A stretch of 32,000 nucleotides of DNA, taken from positions 1,380,001 through 1,412,000 of the forward strand of contig NZ_CP007536.1 in assembly GCF_000698785.1 (NCBI RefSeq). The letters are read 5' to 3'. The notes beneath the pieces were generated by a model that worked only from the letters and a program-made list of their open reading frames with translations, made no database searches and was not told where the DNA came from. Source of the DNA: Nitrososphaera viennensis EN76 (GTDB lineage: Archaea > Thermoproteota > Nitrososphaeria > Nitrososphaerales > Nitrososphaeraceae). Numbering within the stretch: position 1 is the first letter of the stretch; every line of letters starts with the position of its first letter. The position numbers were made by a program, and so were the translations under genes. Below, in pieces: positions 16,965 to 24,389 of the stretch.

Positions 16965-17597
16965 TCACGGCCCCCTGTATTCCACCACTGAGACAAAGGC
17001 GTTCTTGCCTGAATCGTCAAAGTTGAGGTTTGGCGTCATTATCCTCATTAACGAACTCTTGGCGGCATCTGCCACCTTCCAGATGAAACCTTTTGGAAGC
17101 TGCACCTTTGTGTCCTGCTCTTCGCCAGTAACGGGATTCTTGAAGCTCTCAAGGCGGACATCCAGCACCCCAGGCACGGAGAAACTGCTTTTCTTGCCGT
17201 CCAGCTTGACGTTAATGTCGACGAACTGGGGCTCTAGCATGTACTTTACGGTCGTCGCAAAGATCGCAAAGGGCCCCTCTCCTTTTGCCTTTCCTGAAAA
17301 GATGCTCACGACCGCATCTCTCTGCTCCGGCGTGGTATTGTTTGAAATAAACAGCTGCATCGTACCGTTCCCCTCGTGAATCGCCTTGGGCCAGGACGCG
17401 GCGTACACCACGTCGATGTTGTCAAGTTTTACGCTATCGCCGTAATGGCCTTCCCTTATGTGGTACAGAACCAGCGCCCTGCAAAAGCCGTATGTCGGAT
17501 AGCCGTTAAAGTTGCAGGGGCAGCCATAGTCGCAGTTGCACGTCTCTATGTAGTCGATTTTTGTCATCCAAGAAGGAATCTCAACCACAGAAGTCAT
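16965..17597 (-). CDS. DUF1326-like Cys-rich protein (paralogue 1)
   Basis: 'SWMTKIDYIETCNCDYGCPCNFNGYPTYGFCRALVLYHI'. The ATG at 17597 is preferred because a TATA-like CTTATTAC lies 24-31 nt upstream (17621-17628). The ORF track's start at 17675 would add 26 non-conserved residues. Confidence 0.75.
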   Translation of the reverse strand: MTSVVEIPSWMTKIDYIETCNCDYGCPCNFNGYPTYGFCRALVLYHIREGHYGDSVKLDNIDVVYAASWPKAIHEGNGTMQLFISNNTTPEQRDAVVSIFSGKAKGEGPFAIFATTVKYMLEPQFVDINVKLDGKKSSFSVPGVLDVRLESFKNPVTGEEQDTKVQLPKGFIWKVADAAKSSLMRIMTPNLNFDDSGKNAFVSVVEYRGP

Positions 17598-17860
17598 ATG
17601 ACGACTGTACGTATGCGTATGTAATAAGCAATTGTCGATGGTGCAACCTGTATCACTGCCGCCAACAAGCAGCATCGAAAAAGTTTATAGCTTGCAAGTA
17701 GCTTGCGTCTATCCCTCGCACTAAATCAAACGTCCATGTTGCTAATCATGTTCAACTAAAAACAGGATAATTTCATAGTTTTTCACGTATTTGTCACCAG
17801 ATGGCCAGAATCCTTGAATAGGCGGAATCAGGCTATCATGACCAAATAGAGAAATCTTAT

Positions 17861-18316
17861 ATGACAATAATCCAGCTTTGGACGAATTCTGACGAGACAG
17901 AGTTTGCCATCAGGCGGGCTTCAGACACGATAGGGTTCCGGGCTTCCACCAGCAACACCGCTGACTATGTCAAGGTCGCGGATGAAATGCATGAAATGTA
18001 CGACCAGCAACAGATTGACTGGCCTTTCATGCTCGAGAGGTGGATAGCAAGCTGGAAGGACGGCTTTCGCCATTCTGCCCTGCTGCCGCCATACGAATGG
18101 GAGCTGCAAAAGGGCGCCGAGCGTCATGCCCCTGCGCCACCCTTCTCCGTCTCCGAGATAAAACAGCAACAAGGCAGGCGGGCCAAGAGGCGCCGCAAGT
18201 CCCGGCGCAAAAAGCTCACAGTAAAGTGCAGGTTCTGCAATCTGATGTTCTACAATGATGTTGAACGCTTAACGCATGAAAAGGAATGGCACCCAAGTAA
18301 ATCAGAGGCCAAATGA
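17861..18316 (+). CDS. basic protein with a C-terminal classical C2H2 zinc finger
   Basis: 'CRFCNLMFYNDVERLTHEKEWH' fits C-x2-C-x12-H-x4-H. It is preceded by the basic tract 'RRAKRRRKSRRKK'. Codon usage looks coding. Confidence 0.6.
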   Translation: MTIIQLWTNSDETEFAIRRASDTIGFRASTSNTADYVKVADEMHEMYDQQQIDWPFMLERWIASWKDGFRHSALLPPYEWELQKGAERHAPAPPFSVSEIKQQQGRRAKRRRKSRRKKLTVKCRFCNLMFYNDVERLTHEKEWHPSKSEAK

Positions 18317-18481
18317 TGCGACCTAGATGAGCAGCGAAAAATAACAGTTAACTAGAAGAGCATAGAGACTTCTTTGACAAAAAACTAACCCCGAACATCC
18401 ATGGTATATTATACAGGTTGATTCTCAAAATCTCTTGTCGTTATTATTATTGCTTCATGATAACAACCTTGATGATGGCAT

Positions 18482-19120
18482 TTAGGGGCCAGCCCAGTCG
18501 AAAGGAATGTGCTTACTCGATCTCCCTTTCCAGTCCCACTTGAAGCCCATGGCATCCACTTCGTCAGCTACAGCTCTACCCCATGTCGCAACGGTACCTG
18601 GTCCCGTCTCGCTTCCAGGCGCATTAAGAGTCTGTACTCGTTTGCCGGGTGGAGTCATGGGTCCAGTTAATGCTTCACCTCTTGCAGAGACCCTCCCCGG
18701 GATTTCCGCGCTCCAATAAGCAAGATCCTCTGCTATCTCAAACTTGATTGGAACAAATTCCGTGCCGCGGTCTTCTCCAAAGACCTTGGCAAGCTCTCCC
18801 ATGAAGCCACCTGCTTTGCCGGTAAATATCATCTGAAGAGCTTCTCGCTGCTTTTCATTAGCTCGCTCGTCGAAAAAGAATCCCATGGTTGCTTTTGCCT
18901 CCCCCGCCCAGATATTGCCCTTGAAACCTCCAACGAATAACGCGTTCAAGCCATCGAGCTTTGTTTCGCCATAGTGTCCATTCTTGATATGATATGCAAG
19001 TATGCCTTCGCAATCTCCATAAGACGGAGCTTGAGCAAATGTACAGGGGCAGGGAATATTACATTTGCAGACATCAAACCAGTCTCCTGAAGCCTTCCAT
19101 TTGGGAATATCTGCAGACAT
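18482..19120 (-). CDS. DUF1326-like Cys-rich protein (paralogue 2)
   Basis: 'IPKWKASGDWFDVCKCNIPCPCTFAQAPSYGDCEGILAYHI' aligns with paralogue 1. The ATG at 19120 has a TATA-like CTTAAAAT 23-30 nt upstream (19143-19150). The ORF track's start is 19153. Confidence 0.75.
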   Translation of the reverse strand: MSADIPKWKASGDWFDVCKCNIPCPCTFAQAPSYGDCEGILAYHIKNGHYGETKLDGLNALFVGGFKGNIWAGEAKATMGFFFDERANEKQREALQMIFTGKAGGFMGELAKVFGEDRGTEFVPIKFEIAEDLAYWSAEIPGRVSARGEALTGPMTPPGKRVQTLNAPGSETGPGTVATWGRAVADEVDAMGFKWDWKGRSSKHIPFDWAGP

Positions 19121-19226
19121 ACAATTTGGTACAGTGCGCGTCATTTTAAGCATTTAGAAGATGAAATAATGATTTTGTTACCTACAAGAGATTGATATCT
19201 CGAAATTTTTTAAAAGATGATGCTAT

Positions 19227-19700
19227 CTAGGTTATTATTTTGGAGCTTGCAAGGCTTTCAATCTCGGACAGTTCGTCCTCGGTTATTGCAAGGCCGTGCA
19301 GCAAGGCAGGGTGCTTGCCGGCAAGCGGCGTTTCAGAAACGGACACGGCCGGCAGGAACCTTGCCAGCATGGCAAACACCATCTTGCCGTACCAGTTGTT
19401 TTCAAGGCACAGCTTTTTTTCGCCGTTGTTCAATGCGTCAAGCTCGACAATTTTTCCAAGCGTCGCCGAGCCGATTATTACAGAATCACCCTGTGTATTT
19501 TTCTTGACGAGCAGGATTTTCGATCCTGAAGACCAGTCGCGCCTGATGCCCACGTACAGCGACTGCCTTGCATACAGCGTGCGCTCCTGCTCCTCCTTTA
19601 CGCGCACGACGTACGCCAACCCCAGACTTGCAGGCACACGAAACAATAAGCGTTGCGAATCATCACCGCAATAACAATATATTATCACCGGGATTTTCAT
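19227..19700 (-). CDS. hypothetical protein (157 aa)
   Basis: Clean ORF, no family recognised. The start codon shares a CATG with the divergent gene, so the start is uncertain (alternative GTG at 19688). Confidence 0.5.
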   Translation of the reverse strand: MKIPVIIYCYCGDDSQRLLFRVPASLGLAYVVRVKEEQERTLYARQSLYVGIRRDWSSGSKILLVKKNTQGDSVIIGSATLGKIVELDALNNGEKKLCLENNWYGKMVFAMLARFLPAVSVSETPLAGKHPALLHGLAITEDELSEIESLASSKIIT

Positions 19701-20637
19701 GCGCTATATGCAAGTAAGCGGCAGGGTGCTTGTCTGCGACTCGATAGACCGGGCAGGCATCGACAGCATGAAGCGCGCGGGGCTTGCAATTGACTACAAG
19801 CCCGAGATCAAGGCTAATGAACTGGTTGCAACTGTCAAGGATTATGACGTCATAGTAGTGAGGAGCAGGACCAAGGTCACAAAGGAAGTCATTGATGCTT
19901 CCAATGCCAAGATAATAGCAAGGGTCGGAGTCGGCCTTGACAACGTCGACGTCAAAGCTGCCGAGGCGAAAAAGATCAGGGTGATAAACGCGCCCGAGGC
20001 CGCGTCCGTTGCAGTGGCCGAGCTTGCAATCGGCCTGATGATTTCGCTTGCAAGGAACATACCAAGGGCAGACGCCGAGACGAAAAAGGGCAACTGGATC
20101 AAAAAAGACCTGATGGGCACGCAACTGTCAGGCAAGTACCTCGGCATTGTCGGCGTCGGAAACATTGGCCGGCACATCGGCAGGATGGCCAAGGCGTTCC
20201 ACATGAACCTGATTGGTTATGATCCATATCCGATAAACAAGGAATTCATCAGTGAGACCGGCATGATAGTAACTGACCTTAACACGCTTTTAGAAAGCGC
20301 CGACTATATCACGTGCCACGTGCCTTCGACGCCAGAGACAAAGCACATGTTCAATGCCGAGCGCCTGGCAAAGATGAAGCCGACGGCGTACCTCGTCAAC
20401 ACGTCAAGGGGCGAGATAATCGACGAAAACGCCCTGTACGAGGCACTGAAAAACGGCAAGCTTGCCGGCGCGGCGCTTGACGTCTTTGAGGTAGAGCCAC
20501 CGACTAACAAGCTTCTCCTCGGCCTGCCAAACGTCGTCTGCACGCCGCACATTGGCGCGCAGACCAAGGAGGCGCAAGAACTGGCATCGATTGTCATCGC
20601 AGAGAAGATAATACAGATCCTGCGCGGCGTGATCTAG
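19699..20637 (+). CDS. serA: D-isomer-specific 2-hydroxyacid dehydrogenase (short D-3-phosphoglycerate dehydrogenase-like, no ACT domain)
   Basis: NAD motif 'GIVGVGNIGRHIGRMA', plus 'NTSRGEIIDE', 'LDVFEVEPP' and the catalytic His context 'TPHIGAQTKEAQ'. Alternative starts are 19708 (ATG) and 19726 (GTG). Confidence 0.85.
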   Translation: MRYMQVSGRVLVCDSIDRAGIDSMKRAGLAIDYKPEIKANELVATVKDYDVIVVRSRTKVTKEVIDASNAKIIARVGVGLDNVDVKAAEAKKIRVINAPEAASVAVAELAIGLMISLARNIPRADAETKKGNWIKKDLMGTQLSGKYLGIVGVGNIGRHIGRMAKAFHMNLIGYDPYPINKEFISETGMIVTDLNTLLESADYITCHVPSTPETKHMFNAERLAKMKPTAYLVNTSRGEIIDENALYEALKNGKLAGAALDVFEVEPPTNKLLLGLPNVVCTPHIGAQTKEAQELASIVIAEKIIQILRGVI

Positions 20638-20651
20638 AGAGAGAATATTAG

Positions 20652-20659
20652 AATATAAA
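20652..20659 (+). promoter_or_regulatory. TATA-like box for rpl15e
   Basis: AATATAAA lies 29-36 nt upstream of the ATG at 20688. Confidence 0.4.
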
Positions 20660-20687
20660 GGGCTAGGAGTCAGGAGAGTGGTATAAT

Positions 20688-21146
20688 ATGCGCAGCTACA
20701 TGGCCCAGACTTGGACAAAGATGTGGAAGGAAAACTCTGACGAACTAAAGTCCAAGGCCATTGCATGGAGGCAGGAGCCAACGATCAGCAGGATCGAAAG
20801 GCCAAGCAGGCTCGACAGGGCCCGCAGGCTGGGCTACAAGGCCAAGCAGGGCATCGTGGTCGTCCGCGTGCGCGTCGGCAGGGGCGGCATGAGGAAGCAG
20901 CGCCCGGTCGCAGGCAGGAGGCCAAAGCACATCGGCGTCGTCCACATCAAGCAGGGCATCAGCATGCGCAAGGTCGCCGAGAGGAGGGTTTCAGAAAAGT
21001 TCCCGAACCTCGAGGTAATGGGCTCGTACTACCTGCACAAGGACGGCATGAACATCTGGTACGAGGTAATTCTGGCAGACCCGGCCCACCCCACGATATC
21101 AAAGGACCGCGAGATGAGGGGCAAGCTCAAGGCGTTTGCGAAGTAA
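20688..21146 (+). CDS. rpl15e: 50S ribosomal protein L15e
   Basis: 'RSYMAQTWTK...WRQEPTISRIERPSRLDRARRLGYKAKQGIVVVRVRVGRGG' is the L15e pattern. Confidence 0.95.
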   Translation: MRSYMAQTWTKMWKENSDELKSKAIAWRQEPTISRIERPSRLDRARRLGYKAKQGIVVVRVRVGRGGMRKQRPVAGRRPKHIGVVHIKQGISMRKVAERRVSEKFPNLEVMGSYYLHKDGMNIWYEVILADPAHPTISKDREMRGKLKAFAK

Positions 21147-21202
21147 TTTCCTAGCTCATTGTCAGCACAAGCATCGTCAGATTGATTGCCACATTGCAAT
21201 TG

Positions 21203-21754
21203 CTATTTGACTATCTGGATTCTGTAAAATGAAGAGACGAATCCTTCCTTTCCGTATGCGTACGCCGTGACGAAATAGTCGCCCGGCTCCAAATTGACTC
21301 CAAAGGCGCCCTCTTTGCCATCGTCGCATTTGTTGTCATCTAAAATTCCCCACGGGCCGTTTTCCATGTCGTAAACATAGGTGCTCACCTTCAGGGTCCC
21401 ATTGTAATCCTGCCCTTCAAAGTATACCGTGGAATTCCTGCTCAGGTCTATCACGATTTTCTTGGCGTCATAGTCAGCGCTGTATGGATCAAATTTAAAG
21501 TGGCCCGGAGTAGGTCCACTGCCTGCATCCCTGCCCCAAGCCATGTTGCCGCCAAAGCCTTTGTATTCTTTGTAATCATAGACCATCACAAGCCTTGGAG
21601 GCGAAACAGGAACCTCTTCTTGCTTTATTGGCAGATAATCAGAAAAAGAATATTTTGGCCACGGGCGGGCACTTGTCGCAGCGCCCAGCAGTGCAAGAAA
21701 CATCAATCCTGCAAAAAGGCCGCCTATAGCCGCGTACGCAACCCTATCAGCCAC
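21203..21754 (-). CDS. hypothetical N-terminally anchored or secreted protein
   Basis: N-terminal hydrophobic segment 'AAIGGLFAGLMFLALLGAATSA' followed by a beta-rich, Tyr/Gly/Asp-rich body. Co-directional with and 87 nt downstream of the CDGSH gene. Confidence 0.5.
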   Translation of the reverse strand: MADRVAYAAIGGLFAGLMFLALLGAATSARPWPKYSFSDYLPIKQEEVPVSPPRLVMVYDYKEYKGFGGNMAWGRDAGSGPTPGHFKFDPYSADYDAKKIVIDLSRNSTVYFEGQDYNGTLKVSTYVYDMENGPWGILDDNKCDDGKEGAFGVNLEPGDYFVTAYAYGKEGFVSSFYRIQIVK

Positions 21755-21841
21755 TGGAGACTCACCAAGGCCTAGAACTAATTAGCTTTTATCCAAACTG
21801 CGCGCAGAATCTTTTTTGCATACTATTATGAGTCCATCGCC

Positions 21842-22567
21842 TTAATCGCTAACAAGGCCGTCCCTGAACCTGATGCTTGCATGACTGCCGTTGCAAAATG
21901 GCATATTACTTGAAGCCCCGCACCTACATAGCGTTACGCGATTTCGCACTTCGTAGCGCTTGCCGTCATGGGATTCAATAGGAATGCCTCCGCGAATCCA
22001 TAGCGGTCCGCTGCACCCCAAGGCAGGGTCTTCGACCACCCCAATAGAAGGAGGGAGCTTGTGTTCGATCTCCTTTCCAGTCTTTTTATCGTGCACCACC
22101 AGCCGGCCTGCCGGGCAGTGATTTGCTTCGCGTATCACCAATTCACGAGCGGCAGGGTTGTCGGCTTGCTCAATCAGGTTCCAAATCTGTCCTGCAGGAT
22201 CGCAAAAACGCGCAAATGCGCACAAGTTTTCTGCGTCGCTAAGAACCATTGTCGGGCCATCATATTTTTTGGCTTGCCGGACATACGGCCTGCGCGTCGC
22301 AGTTTCTTTCCCCTCAAATCCTATTTTCTCATGGGTCCCGTCGCAAAATGGCTTGTTCTTTGACTGCCCGCACCGGCACAGCGCATACTCTGATGATTGC
22401 GTATCAAACGATCTGCCCTCTGTCCAGTCCCACGAAAAACCCTCTTTGTTTGGGGTAATGGTCTGTATCGAAAGGGGAATGCCGCCTGAAACCAGATAGG
22501 GCCCGTTCTTGCTGACGATTATCTTTTTCTCCAAAGATTTGTCCGCGTTCCGATCTTCCTCTCGCAT
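21842..22567 (-). CDS. CDGSH-type iron-sulfur domain protein (two CDGSH motifs flanking a central Cys-containing segment)
   Basis: 'CRCGQSKNKPFCDGTH' and 'CRCGASSNMPFCNGSH' fit C-x-C-x2-S-x3-P-x-C-[DN]-G-[ST]-H. The central segment is 'CAFARFCDPAGQ...NHCPAGRL'. Confidence 0.85.
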   Translation of the reverse strand: MREEDRNADKSLEKKIIVSKNGPYLVSGGIPLSIQTITPNKEGFSWDWTEGRSFDTQSSEYALCRCGQSKNKPFCDGTHEKIGFEGKETATRRPYVRQAKKYDGPTMVLSDAENLCAFARFCDPAGQIWNLIEQADNPAARELVIREANHCPAGRLVVHDKKTGKEIEHKLPPSIGVVEDPALGCSGPLWIRGGIPIESHDGKRYEVRNRVTLCRCGASSNMPFCNGSHASIRFRDGLVSD

Positions 22568-22718
22568 TAAATAGACAATCGTCGTTGATGTGGATTAATT
22601 TATCGTTCATTAATCGCTGTATAAATCCAAAAAATAATGTTTTGAGCAGTCGATAAGAATTTCCAAGTATATTCTTACTCTCGTTGTTTAATATCGCGCT
22701 TAACATAATATCAACAAT

Positions 22719-23654
22719 ATGAAATCGGCTCAAATCAAAGGATATGGCAGCAGCAAAGTAGTCGAGATTAACCCTGACGCGCCTGCACCAAATCCATCGG
22801 CAGGAAAGGTCCTAGTCATTGTCAAGGCGGCCGGCGTAAATCCAGTCGACTGGAAAATCCGCGAAGGCTATATGCAGCAAAGGATAAAGCTGCAATTCCC
22901 CTCAACGCTGGGCATGGACTTTTCCGGCATTATCAAGGAAATTGGAGATGGAGTTGCAGGTTTCAAGCAAGGTGATGAGATATACGGGCAGGCATCAGTC
23001 ATAACCGGCGGGTCAGGGGCGTTTGCAGAGAGGGCTCTGGCACCTGTACAAACTATCGCGTACAAGCCAAAAAGCCTGAGCCATGCTGAAGCGGCAGGTC
23101 TCCCGCTTGTAGGCGTTAGCGCGTGGCAGGCGCTCATGGAAACCATTGGACTGGCAAAGGGTCAGAAAATCCTCATTCACGGAGGAGCAGGAGGAATAGG
23201 CTCAATCGCGATTCAAGTTGCAAAGAAACTGGGCGCGCAAGTAGCCACGACGGTAAGTGCAGACGACAGACAGTTTGTACAAGAATTGGGAGCCGACGAA
23301 ATAATTGACTACAAGAGCCAAAAGTTTGAGGATATCTTGCACGACTGTGACTCTGTCTTTGATACCGTGGGCGGCGATACCTACAAGAGGTCCTTCAAGG
23401 TGCTCAAGAAAGGCGGAGTAATCGTCTCCATGTTGGAACAGCCAGGCGCGGAGCTGATGAACCAGTTTGGAGTCAAAGCCGTTTTCCTGTTCTCACAGGT
23501 AAACAACGAGCGGCTGACGAGATTGGCGCAGTGGGTGGATCAAAATAACATAAGGGTAAACATCGACAGAAAGTTCTCCCTGGACGATGCAGGCAAGGCG
23601 CTTGATTACGTAAAGGACATTCATCCACGGGGCAAGATTGTCCTGGCAGCTTGA
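22719..23654 (+). CDS. NADPH:quinone oxidoreductase / zeta-crystallin-like MDR oxidoreductase
   Basis: 'KVLVIVKAAGVNPVDWKIREG' and the cofactor motif 'ILIHGGAGGIGSIAIQVAKKLGA'. It lacks the zinc-ligand motifs seen in the adh at 11343. Confidence 0.85.
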   Translation: MKSAQIKGYGSSKVVEINPDAPAPNPSAGKVLVIVKAAGVNPVDWKIREGYMQQRIKLQFPSTLGMDFSGIIKEIGDGVAGFKQGDEIYGQASVITGGSGAFAERALAPVQTIAYKPKSLSHAEAAGLPLVGVSAWQALMETIGLAKGQKILIHGGAGGIGSIAIQVAKKLGAQVATTVSADDRQFVQELGADEIIDYKSQKFEDILHDCDSVFDTVGGDTYKRSFKVLKKGGVIVSMLEQPGAELMNQFGVKAVFLFSQVNNERLTRLAQWVDQNNIRVNIDRKFSLDDAGKALDYVKDIHPRGKIVLAA

Positions 23655-23706
23655 GAGAAAGAAAGAAGTGAAAGGACAAAATCAGGCAAGTACTTTGTTG
23701 CCCACA

Positions 23707-24297
23707 CTATTCTCTGAACTTTCCCTCCATCACTATTTCTGCCAGCGGCTTTCTGTCGCTTGGGTATTCCCTTTCGCAAAGGGCCGGATCGAGCCTTTCT
23801 TTTGGCGCAGGCCTGCCTATTGCGACCATCGCCATTGGTTCATAGTCGTCAGGCAGGCCCAGCTCGCGCCGTGCACCTTCGCGGTCAAAGCCTCCCATCG
23901 CGTGTGCGACTAGGCCGCGCGACGCGGCTTCAAGGGCAAGGTTCTGCCACGCCGCGCCCGCGTCAAACCGGTACGTCGCGTTTGGCTGGCCGCCGTTATA
24001 GTCTGAGGTCTTTTTCGAGACGACGAGTGCAAGCGCCGCGGCGTCCTTTGCCCACGACTTGTTGAAATCCACGAGCAGGCCAAACAGCCGGCCCCAGTGG
24101 GGCGTGTCCCTTTTTGCATAGACAAAGCGCCACGGCTGGCCGTTGAACTCCGACGGGGCCCACCTGGCCGCTTCAAACAGCGGCATGAGCTCCTCGTGCG
24201 AGAGCGCCGTGCCGCTCATGGCCCGTGCCGACCACCTGTTCAGTATCAGCGGGTTTATCTCATAGGTTGCTTTCCGTGTAAGTTCCTGTTGTTTCAC
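23707..24297 (-). CDS. nitroreductase family protein
   Basis: 'NRWSARAMSG', 'APSEFNGQPWRFVY' and 'DAGAAWQNLALEAASRGL' are typical nitroreductase-fold patterns. TATA-like TTTATTAA (24320-24327) lies 23-30 nt upstream of the ATG. Confidence 0.85.
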   Translation of the reverse strand: MKQQELTRKATYEINPLILNRWSARAMSGTALSHEELMPLFEAARWAPSEFNGQPWRFVYAKRDTPHWGRLFGLLVDFNKSWAKDAAALALVVSKKTSDYNGGQPNATYRFDAGAAWQNLALEAASRGLVAHAMGGFDREGARRELGLPDDYEPMAMVAIGRPAPKERLDPALCEREYPSDRKPLAEIVMEGKFRE

Positions 24298-24338
24298 GCA
24301 GGATAAATAGCCGGCAGTGTTAATAAACCTGGTAGTAA

Positions 24339-24357
24339 TTACCTACCAAGTAGGTAA
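24339..24357. promoter_or_regulatory. perfect 8-bp-arm palindrome TTACCTAC-CAA-GTAGGTAA upstream of the nitroreductase promoter
   Basis: Read directly. It sits about 12 nt upstream of the TATA-like box at 24320-24327 and 33 nt downstream of the O-methyltransferase stop. A related GGTAG at 24331-24335 can pair with the same CTACC. Confidence 0.4.
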
Positions 24358-24389
24358 GAACAACCTTTGCAGGTCAGCGCCTGCTTACC

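Noticed and set aside
15300-23700. An apparent lower-GC island covering the DUF1326/DUF2182 and CDGSH blocks.
   Set aside because: Spot counts of single 60-nt lines gave 47% (18841-18900), 53% (22741-22800), 52% (30001-30060) and 63% (4441-4500). That is too few and too scattered to call a compositional island. It needs a sliding-window GC/GC3 and codon-usage computation.
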